A program made the position numbers and the translations under genes. The notes under the pieces are model-generated. The model saw nothing but the letters and a program-made list of their open reading frames with translations, was not told the origin of the DNA and made no database searches. A stretch of DNA of 62,084 nucleotides, counting the filler, from Globobulimina sp. (Eukaryota): assembly GCA_003354225.1 (NCBI GenBank). It is 19 parts of 19 records of this genome, joined end to end, with 100 filler letters (N's around TTAATTAATTAA, not from the genome) between each part and the next. Parts side by side here need not be neighbours in the genome. Positions count along the whole stretch, not along the records: positions 22,928 to 26,101 come from PIVH01003507.1; positions 26,202 to 29,375 come from PIVH01003508.1; positions 29,476 to 32,648 come from PIVH01003509.1; positions 32,749 to 35,920 come from PIVH01003510.1; 15 more parts are not named here. One strand, written 5' to 3'. Shown here one piece after another: positions 23,150 through 36,020 of the stretch (its first letter is position 1; every line of letters begins with the position of its first letter).

Positions 23150-25413
23150 AGATCTCAGACGATTTGAATGAGAATTTGTTCGATGAGCTGATCCATTACA
23201 ACGAGGACAGCTTTCAAGAGCATTTATTGAGCAAATCGTTGGGCGCTGCCATGCATATTATACTCAACAAATGCAATGGCAAACTGCAGCTCACTACGAA
23301 GGAAAAGAATGTGTTGTCGTGGTGTCAGGCCAACAGCGAGTATGGCTGCGGCACGCATTTGAAGCACACCTCTATGATCCATTGGAAGCAGGACGAACAA
23401 TGGAATATGCGCTTTCAGGGCAAGCACAAGTTTATCAATCACGGCTACACTCCGATTGTGTGCTCCTTGCCACTCAAATACGAGCACATTACGCCGCCGA
23501 CAGCGCAGCAAAACGCGCAGTACACTGCACTGGATACAGCCGCTACTTTGTTCGACATCCATTTGAATCGCGCAGTGGTGAAAATAAAGTGGTTTACGAA
23601 GGAGAGGGACGGCATCAACAACAAAGTCTGTGTGTATAGCAAGGATGGCGACGAGTTCATAGGCGATTGCTGTTTGGTGACGGTGCCTCACGGCGTGTTG
23701 AAAAAAGAGGCCATTCAGTTCACGCCGGCTTTGCCAGCGCAGAAACTCAACGCGATCAAAGCAATGGGCTTTGGCAATCTGAACAAAATGGTGTTGAGGT
23801 TTGCTTATAAGTTCTGGAGCGACAATATCTATTTTCATTATGCGCGCGAGATCTACGCCGATGCGGATGCGGACAGTGGCGGCGACAGTGCGCAGTACGA
23901 CTTCTTTGCAGACAATGAGCGCGGGCAAGCTTTTACGTTTTGGAACTTGCACAAAGTGACTGGCGCGCCCATCTTAGTGGCGCTATATTCCGGCAATTCG
24001 AGCTATGACTTTGAGCGCATGCACGACGAGCAAATCAAGGCGGATATCATGAGTGTGTTGGTCAAGATATTTGGCGCCGACAATGTGTGCCAGCCGTTGG
24101 ATTTCGAGCGGACGAGTTGGAGCATGGACGAGTACGCCGGCGGCTGCTATGCGTACTGCGAGAAGGACGGCAATAACTCGTACATTGAGATGAGCAAAGC
24201 CGTGGACGACATCTTGTTTTTTGCGGGCGAGCATTGCTGCAAAGAGACGCCGGACACCGTAGGCGGTGCCTATGTGAGTGGATTGCGCGCCGCGGGCTGT
24301 ATTGAGAAAAGTTGCCGTGATGCCGCGCCGTTTGAGGACACTTTTCCGTTCGTGAAAACTGCAAAGAAGCTGGAAAAGGAGAGAGAGAAAATAAAGTCGA
24401 CGGAGCGGCCGTTTGCGTACCAGATTGATAATGGGGTGCGGCGGCGGACGGACATCGCGCGCATTTATTCTACGTACAGCGTTAAGGAGAACAATCAGTA
24501 TAAGGACGCAGTGCTGAATAAGGACCAAGTGGTGGAGTGCGAGGCCGGTGAGATGGAGAAGGAAAGGAATGCTTTGATGAGCGGGATATTTGAGACTGGC
24601 GTCGTCGAAGAGGAGGAGGACGAGAATAAGGAAGCGATGGATTTGAATATGAATGAGGAGGAGGAGGGGGAGGAAGATGATGATATTAATGTGGTGGATG
24701 AGAGGGGTCATATTCTAAATAATGAGAACAGTAATAATGCGTTGCTGCCATCCATCAAATCGTGTATTGATAAACATGGCGGATTGTCGGATTTGGTGGA
24801 GATTATTGACAGCAATGACGAGAGCGAGAAAAGTCATAATCATAATCATAACCGACACCGTTCGTCGTCGTCGTCGCACAAGAAAGGCAAGAAAAAAAAG
24901 CATCATTCGAATTCATCAAAAAACAAACATAGCAAGAAAATAAAAAGCGTACGAAAGTCCAAACATAGTAAGAGCAGCGGAGGTGGCCATGGCGGCAAAC
25001 ATAAACATAGCAAGTCGTCATCGTCGGCGTCGGCGTCGTCGTCGTCGAAAAGAAAGAAGAAAGACCGAATTGATTTAACTAAAAATAGTTCGAATATTAA
25101 TTCCGATGAGAAAATATCTGGAATGTCGAATGAGGCGAAGAAATTACTGAAAGATGGAAAAGATAAAATTGGTCACTTTGCGCGCAAACATTTGGCCAAA
25201 GCACTTTCTGACATTGAATATGACAAAGAAGATTTCAAAAATATTGCCAAAAAAGTGACAAATAAAGTTTTTGATGACTTCCGTAAGAAATTCAAACATT
25301 CGAAATCGGTCAACAGTCTCAATTATGACTCCTTTATGGCTTCCAAAAGAAAACGCAAAGTCGAAGATTTAATCAAAGCATATGTCAAAAGAGACATTTC
25401 TAACAAAAAATAA
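23150..25413 (+). CDS. LSD1/KDM1-family flavin amine oxidase with C-terminal SRI-like domain (plant LDL3-like; 5' missing)
   Basis: VTVPHGVLK..FTPALP..GFGNLNKMVLRF..FW, FWNLHKVTGAPILVAL and FFAGEH..PDTVGGAYVSGLRAA. C-terminal KEDFKNIAKKVTNKV..KVEDLIKAYVKR is SRI-like. Confidence 0.8.
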
Positions 25414-26201
25414 TTAACTTGTGACAGACTTAAAATTGAATATTAATTAAATTGTATTCAGAAATGAAATAATTAAATTGTATACGTAGCCGATCGAGTG
25501 ATTGTTTTATTTGTTTATTTAGATAAGGAATTTAATCGAGTTGTAATATGAAATTCGTTTTAAATTTGCTTTTTATCATTCATTCTTTATTGTATTTTTT
25601 CCACTAAATTCACTGTATTTTGATTGCTTGCATTTTGATTTGACAAAAAATTGATTTCTTAAAGTTTTGAAGAAGACATAACTCGAAACATGATATTCCA
25701 GCCAAAGTGTTGCGAGCGAAGCGAGCGACACACCTCGAAAGATATGTAATGCCACAAAATTGCTGTGTTATTTTTATTTTTTAAATATATAGAAAATTAA
25801 GTGGAATCGAATTTGGTGAGTGTTCAAATTAAAACTATAGAAAAAATAAATAAATAATAAAATAAAATGTTGAATTTAAATAAATTAGGTTTTTTAGTTT
25901 TTTCAGTCTGTTCAGTTCGGCAGTAGTTTTTCTCATCTTTCTTTAGCATGGCAGGCAACAAAAAAAGAAAAGGTATTTTTTAAAACATTTTTAGCGTTTA
26001 ACATTTCTTAATCTGAAGGTAATCTCGTCGACAGTGATGCACACTGAGTCTGAATTCACCGAATCATTCGGAGCATTCGAAAAACTTCTTAATTCGGCGA
26101 GNNNNNNNNNNNNNNNNNNNNNNNNNNNNNNNNNNNNNNNNNNNNTTAATTAATTAANNNNNNNNNNNNNNNNNNNNNNNNNNNNNNNNNNNNNNNNNNN
26201 N

Positions 26202-26572
26202 ACCCGATCACATTTCCGGCAGAAATGATATCCATTCCCAATGGCAATACGATGGCGAAGCAACCTCCAATGGACAATACTGTCACGTATACCAACACAA
26301 ACAGCTCAGACATATTGCAGCAAGAACATGGTGTTAACGAAATCAGTCAAATCAATGAGATTATTGAATTGCAGCACGCAGAACTGACGGCAGAAGGAAG
26401 TCAAAAGGTTAATAATAGGCAGAGTAAGCATCGTCGAACTGAGGGAGAATCATTTTCAACATTGGATATTAATTATGATCATGAACTGAATTCGCGATCG
26501 AACGATTTACAGTTAGCAGATGATGAATTTATTGTTGATGACAAGTTGACAACATGTAAAATAATGTCTTGA
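26202..26572 (+). CDS. C-terminal low-complexity tail of an unknown protein
   Basis: Open frame from the contig edge; no domain recognised. Confidence 0.4.
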
Positions 26573-26716
26573 TAATTAAACCAAAACTATCCGAATATCG
26601 CTCTTGTGTTCTTGTGCTTTGTTGTAAAAATATCGCTCTTAAGCGGAGTCGTTTGCTATCATGCTCAGAAACGGCAAAATGTTCCTTTCAAAATTAATAT
26701 AAAAACGTTTAAAATC

Positions 26717-27675
26717 ATGTCCCAAGTAGCAAATGCAATAGTTGGTGAATATGAGAATTTTCTTTATGGTGCACCAGAAAAAAATCATTACCATTACGTA
26801 TCAATCATACAGTCGAATAAAGGTGGTTTTATTTGGCAAACTCAGTGTAATGAATGGACATTAACTCCATTACAAGATAAAAAATTGCATTTTGCAGTGG
26901 CCGATAAATGTCCTTATTTTAAACATGGATATAAAATCATGAAATTTAAAACTGATTTCAAAGGAAATATTATTGGAGCATTTGGTCCGTATAATGAATA
27001 TTTTACAAAGGTTGAAAAACATTCATCCATTAAATATAATTTAAAAGGTGTTGAAAAAGCAAATGAATGTAATAATATTGTAAATGATGAAAAAGAAGGA
27101 AGGGATACAAATAAAGACACTGAAGATGATAATCAATATAACAATGACAATATGACTGTATTACAATGGAAAGGTGGTAAATGTGCAAGAAATAAATGTA
27201 TTGGAAGAGTATCAATGGACGATAATTTTGTTAAGTGGTATATTTATTTAATTTTGCGATTTTGCGTACTGTATAAGATTTGTTGCAGGTCGTTTCATTT
27301 GGAATGCAAGTTCATGGCAAAAACTGTGATGATTGGGAATCGATATTACATGTTGGCCATGAAAATATGGAAAGATCGCCAGGCTTTTGGCTCCATCCAA
27401 AATCATATAAATTGCATGTCAGATTAAGTGACACCAATAACAAAAATACTGGTTATGATCCAAATATGGTGTTGGAAAAGGATACATTTTATCAAATCAA
27501 ATTGCAATGTATTAATAACGAAGTGTCATTATTTATCAATGATAAATTGCAGCAATTCAGCGCTGGCATTTATCATGTTACGAGATATAAATGTCCTGTA
27601 TTTGTATCTGATCCATGGTACTCAGCTGCGGATGTTACAATTACCGATCTTAAAATATTTGCTCCCTCTAAATAA
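26717..27675 (+). CDS. Two-exon protein with C-terminal concanavalin-A/LamG-like beta-sandwich domain
   Basis: Intron 27230-27288 joins the frames. Motifs SILHVG..RSPGFWLHP..LHVRLS..LFIND..VFVSDPWYSAADVTITDL. Confidence 0.6.
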
Positions 27676-27938
27676 TTTGATTGCAATTCAATCTTGAATT
27701 TTTCCATGCACTTTTCAGCCACTTCTACATATATGTACAGTTACTACTACTTAAATTAAAAACGTTTCTAGATCGGAGTTATACATAACACATATTTTTT
27801 TAATGCAAAAAAAAGACAAATCTCTGGAAAATAGGTAGAATCTGTTGATACTGTATGACTGATTTATGGCGTTGATTGACGTTTGAGTGTGAGATTGAGA
27901 TAAAATAAAAGATTGAAGTTCTAAACATTTCCAAAACT

Positions 27939-28915
27939 TCACAACTGTGTATTATGCCCTCCTTTCTTTTGTAATTCCCACTTTTCCAAATCCTCATCAC
28001 ATAAATTATCACTTGTCAATCCAACAGAAATAGCCCATTTCATATCATACAATGTATCACCATCTTCATTCTTATACTCTTTGATCACTTCGCCTTTCCA
28101 GTCTGTCTCCTTCATACTCCGTATTTTCTCTGCAAGACGCTTCCTTTTCTTTTTTTCCGCAATATATTTATCCTTAAACTTCAATCTCTCATTCTCTTCA
28201 CACACATCTTCCTTATTACATCTATCAATAATATTATTCAGTTCTGCTTTTAATATCTTTCCACTTTCATTTTCCTCCCAAACCATAGCATCAATCACAC
28301 TCTTTTTCTCAAATATATTCTCCTCAAAATCAGCTGCATTATCAACCACCATATCCTCCATTGCCACATTCTTTATTTGTTCATATTCCTCTTGCATTTT
28401 TTTATATTTTTCAATCTCAAAACTTTGTGCTTGGATGGAATTCCTTGACGTTCTATTCCATTCTACCAACATTTTATTCGATTCTTCCACTTCCTTCAAT
28501 TTCAGTGTCAATCCTTGTTTTCCCTGCAATTTCCCCTTCAATCGGTCAATAATTTTCTCATCGTTTTGTCGCAGCTGTTGGCAAGCCATAATATTGGTTT
28601 TTAATGATTTGTTTTTATTCAACAGTTGCTTTATAAATTGGTTGCCGGCATCCAATGATTTACTCAATGACTGATTTTCAACCTGATACGTTTTTATATT
28701 GTCATTCAACTCATTATTTGTGTTCGTTAATGCATTGTTTTTATCTTTTAACTCAGTTTCAATTTGCTTTGCATTTCGCAACATGCTGTGAGTGTTTTTA
28801 CTGTTATTAATTTTTTCTTGTATCTTATTCATTTTATTTCTGATTAATTGCAACGAGCGGTTATGTTCGATATTTACTTTTTCAATTTCCTTCTCATGGC
28901 CCAACTCAAATGGTT
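27939..28915 (-). CDS. Coiled-coil protein with chromodomain-like C-terminal remnant (5' end replaced by foreign DNA)
   Basis: Heptad-rich ORF ending EVIKEYKNEDGDTLYDMKWA..DNLCDEDLEKWE. Confidence 0.45.
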
Positions 28916-29054
28916 TTTCAGGGCCGCCTACATGTTCGATGTGGGTATCGCTGGAAAGGTAGTTGAGATCGCCATGCCCGCGGAAGCAACTCATTCGTGA
29001 TTGGGATTGCAGGCAATGGAAAAGATCGATCATCGTGACGACGCTTTTCTTTTT

Positions 29055-29190
29055 GAACAATTCCCAGCGGCAGCAAATTGGGAACCAATTCTTCAACCGC
29101 CTTTGGATGCGTCTTGACCAAATGATCCAGTAAATATTGCGTTTCTTGCTTACCCAAAAGATCAGCTGCGTTATTTCTTATTATCTCAGT
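29055..29190 (-). CDS. flhA: Bacterial FlhA cytoplasmic-domain fragment
   Basis: ITEIIRNNAADLLGKQETQYLLDHLVKTHPKAVEELVPNLLPLGIVQK is a conserved FlhA segment. Confidence 0.8.
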
Positions 29191-29886
29191 GATATCAGGA
29201 GTCATAACCCCGGTCGGTGCTTGTAATTGATTTGGCCGCCATCGGCGGTGAGGATGATCCCCTTTTGATTCACGTAAGACAAAACCTGTTCGGCGGTCAT
29301 ATCGTACCAGTCTCCCATTTTTCATCTTCGTTTAAATCGATGTCACCAATCACAACATTAGCAACAACCTTTGACNNNNNNNNNNNNNNNNNNNNNNNNN
29401 NNNNNNNNNNNNNNNNNNNTTAATTAATTAANNNNNNNNNNNNNNNNNNNNNNNNNNNNNNNNNNNNNNNNNNNNTCGTGTATTTTCAGATGAAATGCGT
29501 TGTAAATTTGTTGAGAGCAATTTTTCTGTTGAGTTAATAAAACGAGAATTAATAATTTATAAAACTAAATAATTATTATCGCACTTTTTAATTTAAATTT
29601 TCATCTTAACGGGATTATTGTTTCTCATTTACATTTTATGCACTTTAATTTTTTCATTAAACGTTTATGACCTATTTTTATATTTATTTTATCCGCTTAT
29701 ACTTCTTCATTTTTATTTTCATTTTGCTGTGTTTTTGAGCTGTTTATGTTTGATTATTTTTTGTCTGATTATTTCGTTTCGAAATCCGCAATACAAGCAT
29801 GGAAACGGAGCTTTTCTAAATGCTATAAAAAAATTTCAAAAAATCATTAAAAAATACATTTAAAAACAATATGTATACTTCAAAAA

Positions 29887-32400
29887 TTACTCTTTAAGAG
29901 CATCCATTTGCAAATTATTTTTTGAAGAATTTGATTTTGGGCTAAATAATTTCTTAAATGCTTTAGAAAAAGAATCTCTTTTTTTACTATTATTCCCCGG
30001 ATGATTTAAATATTGCGCAGAATACTCGTCTTTTTTTGATAAATCAACTCTATTCGCATCCGTCGTCATTGCACGAATTACATTTTTATTCAATAAAATA
30101 TACGAATTTAAATCTTTTAATATCTCTTCTTGCAATTCAAGATCAGGAATAATATTAATTGAATCATCCGTTTCTTCCTCTTCTTCCTTCTCTTCTTCCT
30201 TTTCGCCGCTATTTAATTGCTGTGCCAATGCAGTAATATCTTGCGTTGAAAATTGTTTTGAATGTTGAATGTTTTTACTGTATGTTCTCAACTTATATTT
30301 CGAAATATTTTCAGACAAAATCCTATAAAATAACATATATTTATGAAAATTAATATGTTCATCCATAGTTTCAGACAACTTACTTTTATTCCCATCATTT
30401 GTAAATGTCAAATCCTTTAAAATAAGCCCCAAAAATGGGATTCCCGGCGCTTGCATATTTTGAACATACACTCTCAACGATTTATAATTATGATTCGAGC
30501 TACAAATCGGTGCTAACACTTCTTTAAATTTCCTTTTTGTTGATTTATTGACAAATTCCCAGCAAACTGTTAACTTACAAACACTGATCGAGTCCAATGC
30601 AGTCACAACAGCCATGAATGAATACAAATTATTTAATTTTAAAAGCGTTTCTGACACAAATATAAAAAACTCAATCATTTCAATTCTAGATTTTAAATCT
30701 GGCGCAGAAACAATTGACACAATAACATATTGATGACTTTGTTGAAATCTGTCAATAAATAATTTCACTGACAACCATTTTTCCCTTTCTTTCGAGTTTA
30801 ATATTTTAAATAAACACATTCGTGGATAAATATTGAGAAATAATTCCCAATCTAACAACGTTAATTGCTTTGCATATTCTTTTGCATTCTCCTCATTCTT
30901 CATTGCGATGAAGCTTTAAAAATAACATGACAACACATGCAATGTAGTGGGTATATGAATGACTGATAATTGTTTGACAATTATCAGTCAGCCATGGCAT
31001 CAAATATATTATTCATATCCACCAAAAACAGCGTTGTTCTGCTATAGCTACCTCAGTGTGTTACCAATTGCATTGTTCTCAGCCATGGAAACATTGCTTA
31101 TTCGCCGAGATGGAGAGTCTACAGAAACATTGACAGTCAGTCTTGGCGACAATTGTGACTTTTCATCAATGTCATGGTGATATCCATCCTCATCCTCATC
31201 GTACAATAAGTTGTCACCAAATATATTATCACTGAATGCAGAAACACTGTTCGTTGACGACCTGTGATGCATATTGTTATTGCTATTATGTTGCGAATTT
31301 AATCTGTTTTGTGTATATTTTCTACTGTTTTTTATCTGTTTGTTATACAGTTTCGCAGCATTTGCTTGCTTCTTTTTTAATTGTTCAACAATGGGTAAAT
31401 ACCACGTTTGTTGCGTTGCGATAATATTATCCAATTTGAATATGTATGATTGAAGAAACGAGGCATATAACTTATGCACTTGTGACTCATTTTCTTTTTT
31501 ATTTTTTTTACGTTTTTTATTGACAACATTTCCTTCAAACTGGTCTCGCGATTTTTTAATATCATTGATAAATTCAGTCAAAATCTCCATGATTTCACTG
31601 TGCTTTTTGTCATTGCTTTCATCGAAATCCTCAATCCAATAATGTTGAATCCAAAGCAATAATAAATTTAAGCATTTTGTCTGAATCACCATTTTAACCG
31701 CAATTATCCAGTCAGAAAAGTCAAACTTCTGCGTGGGAATATATCCGATATCGATGGTGCCTGAACGCAATCGGTGTAAATTTGGTGTGGCAGGAAAGCC
31801 ATTTAAATCATGCGGTGTTTGCGGAGAGGGCGATGGTGTATTATTTACAGAGGCTGATATTGATTGTGATATTTGTATTCGATGCGAATGAGTATAATCA
31901 GTATGATGTGGTGTTGTAAGTGGTGGAGTTGGCGAGTTTGGGATTGGTAATCTTTTCCGTTTCATTGGACGATTTAAATGAATGTCGGTTCTGTTTGGCC
32001 TGTTTGTATTCTCTCTCATTGTAATATCACATTCACGTTGATATGTTATAAATTTATAACGTTGGAATGTCATAAAAAATCTCTCGCGAATGGCTATTAA
32101 TAACGTGCTGTACAATATATATATATATAAATATAAAATAAAGTATGCGTAGATGTGTTAAAAGAAGGGTTTAACGAACATGCTATCACAATAAAATACG
32201 TGTGTTAAAAGAAGTGTTTCTATGACATTCGGTGATATGTTGTATGTTTCATGCGTTATTAATGCTATATATGTATACAAGTACGTATTTATATATACAT
32301 TTAAAATTGTCAATTACGTTGAGATATGTACCAATGAGTTGAGATATGAAATATGAGACTGTATTGGAATATATGTCTGGTGCTTCTCTGTCTTCTTCAT
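29887..32400 (-). CDS. RasGEF (REM plus CDC25 domain), multi-exon, 5' boundary uncertain
   Basis: AKQLTLLDWELF, NNLYSFMAVVTAL, NYKSLR, PGIPFLGLILKDLTFTNDGN and INFHKY. REM-like CLNLLLLWIQHYWIEDF upstream. Confidence 0.88.
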
Positions 32401-32749
32401 CTCTTTTATATTACATAGTTTTTGTATATATAATTATTTTAAGAGTAATAAACAAATCTAAACTTTCCAGATGGCCTGGTTTGTCTGGAAACACACTTTC
32501 CCATTGTCACAAGTCGTCTGACTAAGCGAGGAGTTTTAAGAGACAAATTTGCATTTCAAACGAAAAAAGCAGAAATATATTTCGTGTTAAATGTTGCATA
32601 TCGAAGTCTATATAATATAACGAGAAAAAAGAAGAAAACAAAACGGCANNNNNNNNNNNNNNNNNNNNNNNNNNNNNNNNNNNNNNNNNNNNTTAATTAA
32701 TTAANNNNNNNNNNNNNNNNNNNNNNNNNNNNNNNNNNNNNNNNNNNNT

Positions 32750-35700
32750 GGCAGAGGCAGAGAAAGAGAAAGAGAAAGAGGCAGAGGCAGAGGACGCGGC
32801 AGAGGTAGAGGTAGAGGAAGGGGGAGAGGAAGAGGAAGAGGTCGAGGCAGAGGTGGTTATCGGTCCAATTATGGAGGATATCAACATTCTAATAAAACAG
32901 TTGTACGATTTCACGACGTAGCTGATGAGTCATTGGATCGCGAAGTTTTATTAATGAACAAGGACCATCCAGGTGCTTTGTATACATTTCATAATCAAAA
33001 ACAGAGTGTGGTTATAATTATATTATTTTTTTAGGTGCGCAACAAATTCGAATCTTAAAGTTTGCCAAATCCCAATGGGAGGCCGTTGAATCATTAACAC
33101 GCGGCGATTTTTATTATCATAATCGAATTGAAAAAAAAAATACAAAAAAAAAACCGATAGAGCTGCGGGATTTATCTGCGATAAAAACAGAATATCGACC
33201 ATATAGAGTAGAATACGCGTCGCGGCCATCGGAATATCCAAAGAATTTACCGACCATTGTACTAAAAACAAATTCATTTCAAGTTCGCGGCAAAATATTA
33301 GAAACCGCTGTGAATCAATTTGAAGTATCATTTAATCCGTCCATCAAATCGGAATTAGTAACATTGCGAGAAAAAGTTGTTTTGGGTTCATCATTAAAAG
33401 TAAGACGAAGGAATTTTGAAATATTACGTGATAAATTTGGAGAATTTCAATTTGATAATCACGCCTTATATTCGATGGGAGCAAAGGAGAAATTCAAGAA
33501 AGTAGTATTTGAAAAGGGAGAGCTATCCAAAGATTACGAAATTACATTTCATTGCATTGGCGACTTTCGTTTGAGTGACCCGACCATTCCAATACAACAA
33601 CAAGAGGCCTTATTAAATATTTTTAACCGCAAAAGATTGCAAAATTCCGGTTTTAGTCGGATTGGAAGAGGATGGTTTAAAAAGGGCAACAACCAAAGCG
33701 ATAAACAGCGGGCTTTGCACAACGATCAAAATAAAAATAATAATAATAATATCAAGAATATTAATTGCAAAATGCAAGAAATCTCGGTGATTTCGTCCAA
33801 TTCGTCGTGTCCCGATGTTAATATCATTCATGGTTTTGAGTGTTCGATGCGAATTTTGCCAAAACATGGTGATCGCCAATTGACTGTCTTCAAATCGGAT
33901 TTATCGCATAAATTGGTAGAGCGCCTAACGTTGCACGACAAGATTTTATTAATGAAACAGCAGTCCTCTCAATCGCACGACGACTATAAATTTAAAATTG
34001 ACAGAGAATGCAAAAAGAGACATTTCTTATTGAGTTATAACAAAAGGAATTTACAAATCTCATCCATTGATTGGAAACAAAACGAATTATCGTCATTTAG
34101 TTTAGGAACTGGCGGCAAAATCTCATATAAAGAATATTTATTTCGTCAGTATGGCATAAAATCGTCAAAGAAAGAGCTGTGTGTAGTGCTGGATAAATCC
34201 GGTGCCGTTTTCTTGCCGCAACACATTCGTTTAACAATCACATCGAAACAATCCGATTTAATCTACGATGAGGTCTTAAATTTTGTCAATCCGCGAACTG
34301 ATGAAAGATTAAACCGCATTGAAAACTTTGTGCAACATATTAATTTGCATAATAACAACAGCGATGTAAACGAATTAAACATTAATATGGATTTTGAGAT
34401 TGAAGAGGAATCGTTGAATACGCCCGCAATTGTCTTAAAAATGCCAAATATTATAATTTACGGCGAGAATGGTCCAATGAAAGCGCAGCCAGTCGACGAT
34501 TTTAAATATTTTCAAACTCGCGGTTTTTTAAAAGATGTTCGCAATCTGCAAAATTGGGGCATTGTGTATGAGCATCCACGCTATGAACACGCATTTGATT
34601 CTTTTTATGCTGCATACGAACAATATATAAAAAAACGACATTTTGATCGATATAACGGACCCATATCACCACCAACCTCGCGACCAATCAATATGATGAA
34701 TATATTAAATGTCACAGGCAACCAAAACCAAAACAAAAATCAAAACGCCAATCATGACTTAAATTATTTGATCCATAATAATATAATTCGCAAAAATGAT
34801 GAATTATTAGTGGTCATATTGCCCGATGGTATGCGAGGCAGTGAAATCAAGGCAAAATTCACCAAATTGATCCAATCCGCAAATTTATGCAATAAAAAGA
34901 TTTTGATTCAATGCATACAAAATCAAACGTGCCGTAAATTGAATGCGTGTCTGGGCACTTTTGAAGATATAATGATCAAATTTGGTAATATCCCCTATGT
35001 GATTGACCCGGTATTGCCAATGCATAATGGCGCCGTGAACATCAATACCGAGTTATGCTGGGTATGGGGCATCGATGTGTCGCATGTTCGTGACAAGCCG
35101 TCTGTTGCTTGTTTGTCAATATCACGCAAACCGTTTGAAGGTTCGTTGCGGTCAATGCACTTCTTATGCCATTTGAACCCATCTCGCAAAGAAATCATCG
35201 CCTTTACCAATATGATAACGTTGGCATACCGTGGCTTGGAACAATGTTATCATGCCACCATCAATGAATATGGACAGCATTTACCAATCTCGATTTTTGT
35301 GTTTCGTGATGGCGTCGCTGATGGGCAAATTGAGGAATTATTTACCAAGGAAGTGGTTGGCATACAACGTGCAATTACTATGTTTCGCAGTAAATATAAA
35401 CTGAAGAAATGGAAACCCAAATTGCAATATATATTATGTAATAAAAATACGATCGATAGGTTCGGATTATTGGATCAGAAAACAGGACTCTGCCGCTCCT
35501 TAAATAAGCCGTGTGTCATATATGACCATGTATTATCTGACAGATTATGGGATTTTATTATATTTCCATATCATTATAAAAAGAATGCGGACCGAACAAA
35601 AGGTGTAAGATATATTGTCTTATTCGACGATTTAAAATTAGCAAAGAAATGTGGTGCTGCATTAGATTTATTTCAATTTATATTTTCTTTAACTTATATG

Positions 35701-35898
35701 TTTGCATTCAGTATCCCATTCCCTTTGGGTGGCACAGCGCAGCCCGCTCCTATTGTTTATGCAAAACATTATGCTGAATCCTTCTCACAATCCATTTTGT
35801 CAAACGATAAACAATTAGAGTCACTCAGAATTAATAAAGATTTATATAACAGACCGCATATTATAACACAAACAATATTTCAACAATATCAAGACTAA
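32750..35898 (+). CDS. Divergent PIWI-clade Argonaute (RG repeats, N, PAZ, MID, PIWI; 5' partial)
   Basis: Exon 32750-32972 (RG repeats), intron 32973-33034, exon 33035-35898 in frame. PAZ LLSYNKRNLQISSIDWKQN..ISYKEYLFRQYGI; PIWI WGIDVSH, RKEII, IFVFRDGVADGQ and PAPIVYAKH. Confidence 0.92.
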
Positions 35899-36020
35899 TA
35901 ATTTTAATTTTGACATTTTGNNNNNNNNNNNNNNNNNNNNNNNNNNNNNNNNNNNNNNNNNNNNTTAATTAATTAANNNNNNNNNNNNNNNNNNNNNNNN
36001 NNNNNNNNNNNNNNNNNNNN

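Noticed and set aside
23224-24711. Long antisense ORFs (23224-23952, 23983-24711; likewise 8184-9119, 28081-28674)
   Set aside because: Shadow frames of well-supported genes on the opposite strand, with no motifs of their own.
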